From an uncultured Chloroflexia bacterium (GTDB lineage: Bacteria; Chloroflexota; Dehalococcoidia; DSTF01; JALHUB01), in the NCBI GenBank assembly GCA_963703345.1, contig OY969814.1, positions 992,001-1,056,000 of the forward strand: 64,000 nt of DNA. The letters are read 5' to 3'. The position numbers were made by a program, and so were the translations under genes. The notes under the pieces are model-generated. The model ran no database searches. It was given only the letters and a program-made list of their open reading frames with translations, and was not told where the DNA came from. Positions 12,995 through 22,529 of the stretch are shown here, piece by piece (position 1 is the stretch's first letter; each line of letters starts with the position of its first letter).

Positions 12995-13172
12995 TCCTAC
13001 CTCCTGTCGAATGCGACGCGTGGGGCCCCAGATCGCGACGCCCGCCGCCGCAAGAAACCGTAGCATTCGCCGGATCGTCCGTCAATCACCGACGAGGCTT
13101 GACCACCAGCCGCCAACCGCGCTATAGCGATGACAGACCTTAGTCGCCTCGCGCGCCAACGAAAGGGGAACC

Positions 13173-13964
13173 ATGGACCTCGAGACCGTCATCTACCAGA
13201 CCAGGGACAAGGTCGGCTACGTCATCATGAACCGGCCCGACAAGCGGAACGCCCTCAACCACCAGCTCCTCGACGACTTGGATAACGCCTTCGACATCGC
13301 CGAAGCCGACGATTCCGTCAACGTCGTCGTCCTCAAGGGTGCCGGGCCGTCGTTCTGCTCCGGCTACGACCTGGGCGGCAGCTACTACACCAGCATCCCC
13401 CGCGGCGCCGACCACTGGGACCTGAAGAACAGCCTCCTCACCCTGCGCGCCATCGAGGCCCGCTACCTGCGCATCTGGAACTTCCCCAAGCCGACAATTG
13501 CCCAGGTCCACGGCCACTGCCTCGCTGCCGGCTGCTACCTGCAGATGGTCTGCGACATCACCGTCGCCGCCGAGGACGCCAAGCTTGGCCATCCCGCGCA
13601 GCGATGGGGCGGCGTCAGCAGCATGCCCCTCTGGCAGATACTCATGGGCTCGAAGCACGCCCGCTACATGCTGTACACCGGACGTAGCGTCAGCGGCCTC
13701 GATGCCGAGCGCTGGGGCCTCGTCAGCCTCGCCGTCCCGGGCGACCAGTTGGAGGCGACCGTCGACCAGCTAGCCGACGAAGTAGCGGAAGTGCCGCCGC
13801 ACGGCATGCTCCAGAACAAAGAGGCGCTGAACACCGACCTGGAGCTGATGGGTGTCACCGCCATGTTCCGGTTCCACGGCCACCACAACGCCCTCGACCG
13901 CATCGTGCGCCCGGCCGTCGGCTTCGGCGAAGGCGTCCAGAAGCCGGAGACGCCGAAGAGCTAG
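13173..13964 (+). CDS. Enoyl-CoA hydratase/isomerase family protein
   Basis: NRPDKRNAL, FCSGYDL, KPTIAQVHGHCLAAG. Confidence 0.9.
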   Translation: MDLETVIYQTRDKVGYVIMNRPDKRNALNHQLLDDLDNAFDIAEADDSVNVVVLKGAGPSFCSGYDLGGSYYTSIPRGADHWDLKNSLLTLRAIEARYLRIWNFPKPTIAQVHGHCLAAGCYLQMVCDITVAAEDAKLGHPAQRWGGVSSMPLWQILMGSKHARYMLYTGRSVSGLDAERWGLVSLAVPGDQLEATVDQLADEVAEVPPHGMLQNKEALNTDLELMGVTAMFRFHGHHNALDRIVRPAVGFGEGVQKPETPKS

Positions 13965-14041
13965 AGCACCCGTTCTCCCATCGCCGACGTCAATCTTGAT
14001 GGTCTGTGCCGCGGGCGAGGCGAGAGCCAGTCGGTGCTCTG

Positions 14042-14404
14042 TTATTTCGCGTAGTTGCTCGCGCCTGACCAGTCGATGAGGACGACCGGCTCATCTCCGA
14101 CGACCCAGCCATCGTGTCCGGATGGAAGGGCGGACACCTCCCCCGGGCCGACCTCGAACTCGGAGCCATCAGCCATGAGGACGTGCAGGCGTCCGGACAC
14201 GTGGTACTGGAAATGAGGCGCCTCGCACCATTCGGTCCCGGCGATGGGCTTCACGTGCTTGGACCACCGCCAGCCCGGCTGCAGGGTCAGACGCCCGACG
14301 GTCCCGCCCCCTATGTTGATCAGCTCCAGCCTTCCCTTCTCGAAGGTCCTCGTCTCATCAGGTGATTTCAGGTCTTTGCGCTCGTATCGTACGGCGACAG
14401 CCAT
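14042..14404 (-). CDS. Cupin domain protein
   Basis: LQPGWRWSKHVKP...CEAPH...PSGHDGWVVG. Confidence 0.85.
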   Translation of the reverse strand: MAVAVRYERKDLKSPDETRTFEKGRLELINIGGGTVGRLTLQPGWRWSKHVKPIAGTEWCEAPHFQYHVSGRLHVLMADGSEFEVGPGEVSALPSGHDGWVVGDEPVVLIDWSGASNYAK

Positions 14405-14625
14405 TTCGGGTCCCTCTTTCTGTGGCTCACAAACTAGACTCCCTGTTCGGCCACCTTTCAGCGTAGCGCCGCCGAGTGCAGGTGATGTGTGAGTTTTGTC
14501 GCCGTGCCGTGAACGTTGGGTGAAGGTCTGAGGCTCAGAAGCGGGCGGCATCGTGCGCCCGGTCGTCAAGAAGCCCGAGGCGCCGAAGACCTAGACCAAT
14601 TACAACAGCGCCGCAGTGACACGAG

Positions 14626-15609
14626 TCAATCCTGTTGTCGCGACTTCTCGACCAGGACCTTCGGCAGTTGCGTAAGATCAGTGATGACCGTTGCATGCTT
14701 GCGGAGATGTCCTCGATTGATGAGGTCGGCGAACAGCTTCTCAGTGACTACAACATCGCAGTACATGACCATGGGGCCCATCTGCCCCCAGTCAATAAGC
14801 AAAGTTCGCGTGGCCCTCAGCGCCCTGTTCTTGATCCAGTAGCGATGCAAATGAACGTCCGCCCTCTGCGACGGCAGATCGTCGACAAACTCTATCAATC
14901 CCTCGCGCCCGAGCGCGAACAACTCCTCCCAAGAAACCCCGTGCCGAAGCAGGGCTTCACCAAGCGGCTCCCGAATGCCGTTGAGAGCGATAGCGTAGAG
15001 AGCTCTTTCGCGGGTCTCTGTATCGAGTTCTTCAAGACGCTCGGAAAGCGTATTCATCGCATCCTGAAATACTACTGCGCGCTCGGACGTGCCAACGCGA
15101 TGCGCCGTCTCGCCGGTCAAGAAATTGCTTCCACTCAACAGGCTCTTCTCAACGAGCTCTTCAATGGCTCGCTTCGTCCTCATCGAGACAACCTCAGGGA
15201 TGTGCACCTCGGGAAACGGCTCGGGGGCGACGCCTGCAATGCCCCGACCGAGTAATTGAAGCGGCTGAATGTGATCTGCTTGCGTTCGGCGTGGGAACCG
15301 GGCGCACAATGCTCCATCGAGTTCGTGGCGGAGTATTACGCTTGGGTCGGCTATCGTGGTCCCGCCCGATATATCCCACATCACTTCCGCCAACCTCCGG
15401 CGTCTTCCCAAGTCCCTAGTTACCTGCGTTTCTTGATAATGGCTGCCGGAGAGGGGGAAGCACGCCAGCCCCTGCGTCCGAGAGAAGCGGATGAACCGAA
15501 CAACGTCACTCAGGTCGCGGACGGGCCTCTTGCCGTACAGGAACCTGGCAAGCTCTATCCACTTGTTCTGATCCAAATATACGATGAGCACTTGGTCGGA
15601 TTGTACCAC
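14626..15609 (-). CDS. Hypothetical protein, PIN-like fold suspected
   Basis: N-terminal IVYLDQNKW and C-terminal YCDVVVTEK resemble PIN acidic motifs. Less GC-biased than neighbours. Confidence 0.5.
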   Translation of the reverse strand: MVQSDQVLIVYLDQNKWIELARFLYGKRPVRDLSDVVRFIRFSRTQGLACFPLSGSHYQETQVTRDLGRRRRLAEVMWDISGGTTIADPSVILRHELDGALCARFPRRTQADHIQPLQLLGRGIAGVAPEPFPEVHIPEVVSMRTKRAIEELVEKSLLSGSNFLTGETAHRVGTSERAVVFQDAMNTLSERLEELDTETRERALYAIALNGIREPLGEALLRHGVSWEELFALGREGLIEFVDDLPSQRADVHLHRYWIKNRALRATRTLLIDWGQMGPMVMYCDVVVTEKLFADLINRGHLRKHATVITDLTQLPKVLVEKSRQQD

Positions 15610-15623
15610 GTTCCCGGGAGAGT

Positions 15624-15673
15624 GCAGGGAGGGCGTGCCCTCCCTGCCGGGGGTTCAGGGGGTGTCCCCCTGA
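15624..15673. repeat. Double-hairpin REP-like element
   Basis: GCAGGGAGGGC-GT-GCCCTCCCTGC followed by TCAGGGGG-TGT-CCCCCTGA. Confidence 0.5.
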
Positions 15674-16148
15674 TTCCCGATAAACATTACTCGGGCGGGC
15701 GGGTGGGAAGAGATAGCGCACTCTTGCAACAGCGGCAGCGGGCGGGCCACCGCAGACTCGTCTCTAGACAGGCGGGAAGAGACGATGTCTTGCCGACGCG
15801 CCGGCCGGGCAGGGGAGCGCAGACCCGCCAGTGCCACCTCCCCCTTGGAAACCGCGCGACGCTGTGCTCTAATAGATGCGACAGCGCGCACCGGCAGGCG
15901 CCGCGCAGCCAAGAGCCCTTTTCGACGGTCAATTACACAAATCTACCCCTAACAGCTTCGGAAAAGTCGACATTTTTACAAACAAATACAATCATACTTG
16001 CCCGTCTGGGCCTGCCCGTCTGGGCCTACCCGTCGGGGCCGGCCCGCCGCCCCCGACCTCCCCTCCGCCCCCAACCCCCCGCTCCATGTGGTATATTGAA
16101 CCTAGAGTCGACAGCGCATAGCGGGACGCCCTTCCGGAGCACAAGGAC

Positions 16149-17465
16149 GTGTTCGATACCGTAACCTCCGCCCGCGCCCTAATGGGCACGGCCCTCGGCT
16201 TCCACATCATCTTCGCCACCGTCGGCATCGGCCTGCCGCCCCTACTGTTCGCCGCCGAAGGCCTCTACCTGCGCACCGGCAAGGAGATGTACCGCGACAT
16301 GGCCAAGCGATGGGCCGTCGTCGTCGGCGTCCTCTTCGCCGTCGGCGCCGTCTCCGGCACCATCCTTTCGTTCTCCTTCGGCCTCCTCTGGCCGAGCTGG
16401 ACCACCTTCTCCGGCGGCATCATCGGCCTGCCGTTCTTCCTGGAAGGCTTCGCCTTCTTCACCGAGGCCATCTTCCTGGGCCTCTACCTCTACGGCTGGA
16501 ATAAGCTCAGCCCGAAGGCCCACTGGCTCACGACGATTCCTATCGCCGTCGCCGCTCTCGCCTCCGCCTTCTTCATCATCAGCGCCAACTCCTGGATGAA
16601 CCAGCCGACCGGCTTCGACATCGTCAACGGCGTCGTCACCAACGTCAACCCGACCGCCGCCATGCTCACAAACCGCGCCTTCCCCTACGAGTTCGTCCAC
16701 GGCGCCCTCGCGGCCTACGTCGCGCTGGGCCTGGGCGTTGCCGGCATCTACGCCCTCGCCATGCTCCGCGGCGACCGCTCCGACTACAACAAGAAGGCGC
16801 TGATGCTCGGCCTCGGGCTCGCCGCCGTCTTCGCGCCGGTGCAGGTCGTCTCCGGCGACCTCAGTGCGCGACACCTGGCGCACAACCAGCCCGAGAAGTT
16901 CGCCGCCATGGAGGGCCAGTTCGCGACCCAACGAGGCGCACCGCTGCGCATCGGCGGCATACCCTTCCCCGGCGACCACGAGACGAAGTTCGCCATCGAG
17001 ATCCCCAAGCTGGCCAGCATCCTCGCCTTCGAGCACGCCGATGCCGAGATCAAGGGCCTCGACAGCTTCCCGCAGGACGAGATACCTAACGTCTGGCTCG
17101 CCCACTTCCCGTTCCAGATCATGGTTGCGCTCGGCTTCACCTTTGTCGGCGTCTCCGCCCTGTTCTGGGGGCATGCCTGGTGGAAGAAGAGAGTCGATCC
17201 GCCGCGGCTGCTCCTCGCCATCCTTGTGCTGATGGGCGTTCTCGGCTTCTTCGCCATCGAGATGGGCTGGTTCGTCACCGAATTCGGCCGCCAGCCATGG
17301 ATGATCTACCACGTCATGCGAACTGAGGGCGGCGCGACGCCTCGCGCAGGCATCTGGGTGCTGCTCGTGCTGTTCGGTCTCGTCTACGTGGCGCTGACCA
17401 TCGGGCTGGCCGGCGTCCTGTTGCTCCAGCAGCGCGGCCGCACCAAGACGGCGCGGACTGAGTAG
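16149..17465 (+). CDS. cydA: Cytochrome bd quinol oxidase subunit I
   Basis: GFHIIF, EGFAFFTEAIF, ANSWMNQP, QPEKFAAMEG, GWFVTEFGRQPW. Confidence 0.93.
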   Translation: MFDTVTSARALMGTALGFHIIFATVGIGLPPLLFAAEGLYLRTGKEMYRDMAKRWAVVVGVLFAVGAVSGTILSFSFGLLWPSWTTFSGGIIGLPFFLEGFAFFTEAIFLGLYLYGWNKLSPKAHWLTTIPIAVAALASAFFIISANSWMNQPTGFDIVNGVVTNVNPTAAMLTNRAFPYEFVHGALAAYVALGLGVAGIYALAMLRGDRSDYNKKALMLGLGLAAVFAPVQVVSGDLSARHLAHNQPEKFAAMEGQFATQRGAPLRIGGIPFPGDHETKFAIEIPKLASILAFEHADAEIKGLDSFPQDEIPNVWLAHFPFQIMVALGFTFVGVSALFWGHAWWKKRVDPPRLLLAILVLMGVLGFFAIEMGWFVTEFGRQPWMIYHVMRTEGGATPRAGIWVLLVLFGLVYVALTIGLAGVLLLQQRGRTKTARTE

Positions 17466-17476
17466 GAGGGCCACGA

Positions 17477-18490
17477 TTGACCCTTGACAAGATAGCGGCG
17501 ATCGTCGCGCTGACCGGCGTCATGGCCTACGCGATATTCGGCGGCGCCGACTTCGGCAGCGGCATCTGGTCGGCGCTCGCGAGCGGGCCGCGCGCCGGGC
17601 AACAGCGCAACGCTCTCTACAAGGCGATAGGCCCCGTCTGGGAGACGAACAACGTCTGGCTTATCCTCATCGTCGTCGTCCTTCTGATGGCGTTCCCCGG
17701 CGCCCTGGCTAATCTCTCGACCGCGCTGCTCGTCCCGCTGTGCGTGGGCCTCATCGGCATCGTCTTCCGCGGCGCCGGATTCGCCTTCCGCAACTACTCG
17801 CGCGAATCGGGGGCGGGCATGGTGCCGCTGCACGGCGTCTTGTTCGCTATCGCCAGCGTCATAACGCCTTTCGCCTTCGGCGTGGCGCTGGGCGCGACCG
17901 GCGGCGGCGAGATCAAGCTCAACGACGGCGCCGTCACCTCCGGCCTCTTCGCGCCCTGGATGCACCCCTTCCCGATACTCTTCGGACTGACCGCAGTCTG
18001 CGCCTGTGCCTTCCTGACGATGAGCTACATGACGATCCGCTCTTCCGGCGACCTGCGCGAGGACTTCCGCCTGCGTGGCCTGCTGGCGGGCGTCGCCGTC
18101 GGTCTGATGGCGATAGTCACGCTTGCAGTCGCCCGCTGGGACGCCACCGGCTTCTGGGACCTCTGGCAACGAGCCGCGCCCGAGTGGATGCTCGGTGTCG
18201 CGGCGGCGAGTGGCCTGGTCGCCCTGCTCGTGCTCTGGCGGCGCTGGTACATGCTGGCGCCGGCCGCGTCCGGCGGCGCCGTGGCGCTGCTCGTCGCGGC
18301 ATGGGGAGTCATCCAGTACCCGTACTTCATCGTGCGGAGCGAGAGCATATTCGACGTCGCCTCCAACCAGACGATGATCCGCTCAGCGCTGGTCGGCTTG
18401 CTGTGCGGCGCGGTGATACTGATACCGTCGCTGCTGCTGCTGTACCTTAGCTTCGTCGCTGAGAGCGCCGAAGAGGCGCCGGAGAGCTAA
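17477..18490 (+). CDS. cydB: Cytochrome bd quinol oxidase subunit II
   Basis: GGADFGSG, IGPVWETNNVWLI; directly follows cydA. Confidence 0.9.
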   Translation: MTLDKIAAIVALTGVMAYAIFGGADFGSGIWSALASGPRAGQQRNALYKAIGPVWETNNVWLILIVVVLLMAFPGALANLSTALLVPLCVGLIGIVFRGAGFAFRNYSRESGAGMVPLHGVLFAIASVITPFAFGVALGATGGGEIKLNDGAVTSGLFAPWMHPFPILFGLTAVCACAFLTMSYMTIRSSGDLREDFRLRGLLAGVAVGLMAIVTLAVARWDATGFWDLWQRAAPEWMLGVAAASGLVALLVLWRRWYMLAPAASGGAVALLVAAWGVIQYPYFIVRSESIFDVASNQTMIRSALVGLLCGAVILIPSLLLLYLSFVAESAEEAPES

Positions 18491-18533
18491 CGCGCGTTTG
18501 CCGACGCGTGGCGCAGGCTGCTAGAATAGTCGA

Positions 18534-18562
18534 AGGGCTGGTTCCCGAGGGCCAGCCCTTTT
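18534..18562 (+). terminator. Intrinsic terminator-like hairpin after cydB
   Basis: AAGGGCTGG-loop-CCAGCCCTTTT. Confidence 0.5.
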
Positions 18563-18569
18563 CGGTGTC

Positions 18570-21500
18570 GTGATGAACCTGAGAGGCGTCCTGCCCCTAA
18601 TCGAAGAAGCGCTCGCCGCCGAAGGGCGGCTGGAGGCGCCCGCCGGCCGCCTCACTGTCGGCGCGCCCGACGGCGCCAAGGCTGCGGTCATCGCGCTGCT
18701 CGCACAAGGGAGCGATGCGCCGCTCGTCGTCGTCACCGCGCACGCCAACCGAGCGCAGGCGCTGATCGAAGGGCTGGCGGCGTGGCTGGGCGGCGACGAG
18801 CGACTCCGCCTGTTCCCGCGACGCGCCGCTCTCCCCTATGAGCGCCTCGCCCCCGACGCTGAAGCCGTGCGCGACCGCCTCCGCGTCCTGGCGCTCTTGC
18901 CTGCCGGTAGACATGGGCTCGCCGGCCGCTACGACGCGCCGCCCATCGTAGTCGCGCCCGTCCAGGCGCTGGCCGAGGCCACCCTTTCGCCGGAGGAGAT
19001 GGCGAGCTCCCATGAGACGCTCACCGCCGGCGGCAGGCTGGCGCCGGAGCCGTTCCTGCGCCGCCTCGTCGAGCGCGGCTATCAGTTCTCGCCCCTCGTC
19101 GATACGCCCGGGCAGGCCGGACGGCGCGGCGGCATCATCGACGTCTTCCCGCCGGAGAACGAGCTGCCACTGCGTATTGAGCTGCTCGGCGAGCGGATCG
19201 AAAGCCTGCGCCTGTTCGATCCGGCGACGCAGCGCACCATCCGGCTCGTCAACTCGTCGGCAATCGGGCCGGCGCGGGAGATGCTCCTTCCCCAGCCGAG
19301 CGCTGTGGACCTCCTGTCGAAGCTCGACTTCGACTCCTGCAAGCCGGAGGTGACCGCCCGCTTTCGCGATGAAGCGGCCCTGCTGGCGCAAGGCGAAAGC
19401 TTCCCCGACGACATCTTCTACGTGCCGTTCCTGGCCTGCTGCAGCCTCCTCGACCATCTGCCGCGGAACGCCCTCCTCGTCCTCGACGAGCTCTCGGACA
19501 TAGCGACCGCGGAGGAGGAGCTCGACCGGCAGGTTATCGAGATCGAAGACGAAATGACGCACCGCTGCGAGCTGCCGCGAGGGTTGCCTTTCCCGCAAAA
19601 GCCGTGGCAGGAGCTGCGCGAGGCGCTAACGTCGCGCCCCGGCGTCGTCGAGCTGTCGCGCTGGGCCAGCGGCGAGGAGTGCGAGGGCGACTTCCGCCTG
19701 CCCTTCACCGCCGCGGGCGCATACGGCGGCCGCCTCCTGGAGCTTGCGAAGGACCTTTCCGGCGCAGCTCAGCGACGCCAGACGACCGTCATCGTCTCGC
19801 AGCAGGCGGCGCGCATCGCCGAAGTGCTCAGCGAGAACGATCTCTTCGCCACGCCGCTCGCCGCCGTCGAGTCGCCGCTGCCGGCGGGCGCGCTGGCGGT
19901 CGTGCACGGCTCGCTTCCGGAAGGCTGGAGCTTGCGCTCGCCCCAGGGAGACGGACTCACACTGCTCACGGACTCCGAGCTCTTCGGGTTCGTCAAGCAG
20001 CGCCGTTTCACGCGTCCGACCGCGGGCCGCCGCATCGACTTCCTTGCCGACCTCAGTCCCGGCGACTTCGTCGTCCACATCGAGAATGGCATCGGCAAGT
20101 TCGCCGGCCTGACGCATCTTCAGACCGATGGCGAACAGGAGCGGGAGTACCTGGAGCTGCGCTACGCGGAAGGCGACCGCCTCTTCGTGCCGACGGACCA
20201 GGTCGACCGCGTCAGCCGCTACGTCGGCCCCGGCGACCACAGCCCGACGCTTACGCGACTCGGCACGCAGGAATGGCGTCGCGCCAAGGAGCGGGTGCAG
20301 CGGTCGGTCCGCAACCTGGCGCGCGAGCTGCTGGCGCTTTACGCTTCGCGGCAGGTGCTGCACGGGCACGCCTTCTCGCCGGACACGACCTGGCAGCAGG
20401 AGCTCGAAGCATCGTTCCCCTACGTCGAGACGCCGGACCAGGCGGCGGCGATGGCGGAGGTCAAGCTGGACATGGAGAGCCAGCGCCCGATGGACCGCCT
20501 GGTCTGCGGCGACGTGGGCTACGGCAAGACGGAGATCGCCATCCGCGCGTCGTTCAAGGCCGTGATGGACGGCATGCAGGCGGCGATGCTGGTGCCGACG
20601 ACGGTGCTCGCCCAGCAGCACTTCCAGACGTTCTGCGACCGTCTCTCCGGCTTCCCCGTCCGCGTCGAGATGCTGTCCCGCTTTCGCTCCGACAGGGAGC
20701 AGCGGGACATCGTACGCGACCTGGCGGCGGGCTCCGTAGACATCGTTATCGGCACCCACCGCCTCCTGCAATCGGACGTCGCCTTCCGCGACCTTGGCCT
20801 GGTGATAATCGACGAGGAGCAGCGCTTCGGCGTCGCCCACAAAGAGCGCCTGAAGCACATGCGCCAGCAGGTCGACGTGCTGACGCTCTCGGCGACGCCT
20901 ATCCCGCGCACGCTGCACATGGCGCTCGGCGGCATCCGCGACATGTCGGTCATGGACACACCGCCGGAGGACCGCCTGCCGATCAAGACCTACGTGCTCG
21001 AGTTCGATGAGCACTTCGCCCGCGACGCAATGCTGCGCGAGCTTGAACGCAACGGGCAAGTCTACTTCGTTCACAACCGCGTGTTCAACATCGAGGGCGT
21101 CGCCGACCGGCTGCGACGCCTGCTGCCGGAGGCGGAGATAGCCGTCGGCCACGGGCAGATGCCGGAGGACCAGCTCGAACGCGTGATGCTTGACTTCGCC
21201 CGCGGCGCCGTCGACGCCCTCGTCTGCACGACGATCATCGAATCGGGACTCGATATTCCCAACGTCAACACGATAATGATCAACCAGGCGGACCGGCTGG
21301 GCCTGGCGCAGCTCTACCAGCTTCGCGGCCGCGTCGGGCGGGGCGCCAGCCGAGCATACGCCTACCTCTTCTACGACCGCCATCGCTCGCTGACGGAGCC
21401 CGCCCAGAAACGCCTCCAGGCCATCTTCGAGGCGACGGAGCTGGGCGCCGGCTTTCAGATCGCCCTCCGCGACCTGGAGATCAGGGGCGCCGGCAACCTC

Positions 21501-22079
21501 CTGGGCGCCGAGCAGAGCGGCCAAATCGGCGCCGTCGGCTTCGACCTGTACACACGGCTGCTGGCCGACGCCGTCGAAGGGCTGAAGGCGCTCGAGCGCG
21601 GCGAGAAGCCGCCGACGCCGTCGACCGCACTGCTACCGCTGGCCATCGACCTGCCGCTCGTCGCCCACATCCCGGAGAGCTACGCACCGGACCTGAACGT
21701 GCGCCTCGCCCTCTACCAGCGGATGACGCGCGTCAAGCATCCGCAGGAGGCGGACGAACTCGCGCAGGAGTTGCGCGACCGCTTTGGGCCCCTGCCGGAG
21801 CCCGTTCAGACGCTGCTCTACGTGGTGCGCGTACGGGCCCTAGCGCGTGAGGCGGGAGTGCAGTCGGTGCAAACGGAGGACGGCCAGATAGTGCTTCGTA
21901 TGGTGCAGGGACGTCGCCTGCCCCAGGAGCAGTTGCGGCGCCAGCTTCCCGAAGGCGCTTGGGTCGGCCCAACCTCCGTGCGGCTCAGTCGCGTCCGCCT
22001 CAGCGACGGTTGGCGCGATGCGCTGTTGGGCGTCATGGAAAGACTAGTCGAGCTCGCCGCCTCTGCGCCTGCCCCTTAG
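18570..22079 (+). CDS. mfd: Transcription-repair coupling factor
   Basis: UvrB-like N-terminus, CarD-like RID, GDVGYGKT, DEEQRFG, QLRGRVGR, TRCF C-terminus. Confidence 0.97.
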   Translation: MMNLRGVLPLIEEALAAEGRLEAPAGRLTVGAPDGAKAAVIALLAQGSDAPLVVVTAHANRAQALIEGLAAWLGGDERLRLFPRRAALPYERLAPDAEAVRDRLRVLALLPAGRHGLAGRYDAPPIVVAPVQALAEATLSPEEMASSHETLTAGGRLAPEPFLRRLVERGYQFSPLVDTPGQAGRRGGIIDVFPPENELPLRIELLGERIESLRLFDPATQRTIRLVNSSAIGPAREMLLPQPSAVDLLSKLDFDSCKPEVTARFRDEAALLAQGESFPDDIFYVPFLACCSLLDHLPRNALLVLDELSDIATAEEELDRQVIEIEDEMTHRCELPRGLPFPQKPWQELREALTSRPGVVELSRWASGEECEGDFRLPFTAAGAYGGRLLELAKDLSGAAQRRQTTVIVSQQAARIAEVLSENDLFATPLAAVESPLPAGALAVVHGSLPEGWSLRSPQGDGLTLLTDSELFGFVKQRRFTRPTAGRRIDFLADLSPGDFVVHIENGIGKFAGLTHLQTDGEQEREYLELRYAEGDRLFVPTDQVDRVSRYVGPGDHSPTLTRLGTQEWRRAKERVQRSVRNLARELLALYASRQVLHGHAFSPDTTWQQELEASFPYVETPDQAAAMAEVKLDMESQRPMDRLVCGDVGYGKTEIAIRASFKAVMDGMQAAMLVPTTVLAQQHFQTFCDRLSGFPVRVEMLSRFRSDREQRDIVRDLAAGSVDIVIGTHRLLQSDVAFRDLGLVIIDEEQRFGVAHKERLKHMRQQVDVLTLSATPIPRTLHMALGGIRDMSVMDTPPEDRLPIKTYVLEFDEHFARDAMLRELERNGQVYFVHNRVFNIEGVADRLRRLLPEAEIAVGHGQMPEDQLERVMLDFARGAVDALVCTTIIESGLDIPNVNTIMINQADRLGLAQLYQLRGRVGRGASRAYAYLFYDRHRSLTEPAQKRLQAIFEATELGAGFQIALRDLEIRGAGNLLGAEQSGQIGAVGFDLYTRLLADAVEGLKALERGEKPPTPSTALLPLAIDLPLVAHIPESYAPDLNVRLALYQRMTRVKHPQEADELAQELRDRFGPLPEPVQTLLYVVRVRALAREAGVQSVQTEDGQIVLRMVQGRRLPQEQLRRQLPEGAWVGPTSVRLSRVRLSDGWRDALLGVMERLVELAASAPAP

Positions 22080-22219
22080 GGGCCGCATCACATCTTCTTC
22101 ACGAGCGCGAGGCCCCGCTTCATATCCGCAACACGCGCCGAGACTACGATAGCGTGTCTGAGAGGCGCGCGCCGTCAAACGGACGGTGGAGCCTCCCGGG
22201 GACGATTTGGAGGTGTGAC

Positions 22220-22438
22220 ATGCGGCAAACAGACGAGAACAGGCCGATATCGCAGGCAGTGAACGAGGAAGAAATCGAGCAGACGGCGCCTCTACGGGAG
22301 TTCTTCTGCGAGCCTTCCGGCTGCGGGCTCTTCGACACGGTTGGGAGCGAAATCAGCGAGTACGTGGGTGGCCTTCGGGAGCCGTTCTGCACGGGCCACA
22401 AGGTTCAAGCATCGCCGATGGCAAGCTATTTCGAGTAG
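22220..22438 (+). CDS. Small hypothetical protein (72 aa)
   Basis: Strong GGAGGTG RBS, ATG at 22220, followed by a terminator. Confidence 0.55.
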   Translation: MRQTDENRPISQAVNEEEIEQTAPLREFFCEPSGCGLFDTVGSEISEYVGGLREPFCTGHKVQASPMASYFE

Positions 22439-22486
22439 TCGCCAGAACGGCGGCCCCACGCGGGCCCCGCCGGCACATAACGGATG

Positions 22487-22518
22487 AAGGGCCCGGTCTT
22501 CGGATCGGGCTCCTTTTC
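22487..22518 (+). terminator. Intrinsic terminator
   Basis: GCCCGGTC-TTCG-GATCGGGC then T-rich tract, between convergent genes. Confidence 0.65.
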
Positions 22519-22529
22519 TCGCGATATCC

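Noticed and set aside
19626-21524. Long antisense ORFs (also 16242-17474, 22533-23591, 8805-10073)
   Set aside because: Shadow frames of well-supported high-GC genes.
22220-22438. Mycofactocin-like precursor
   Set aside because: Only vague GCGLF similarity, not C-terminal, and no mft genes nearby.
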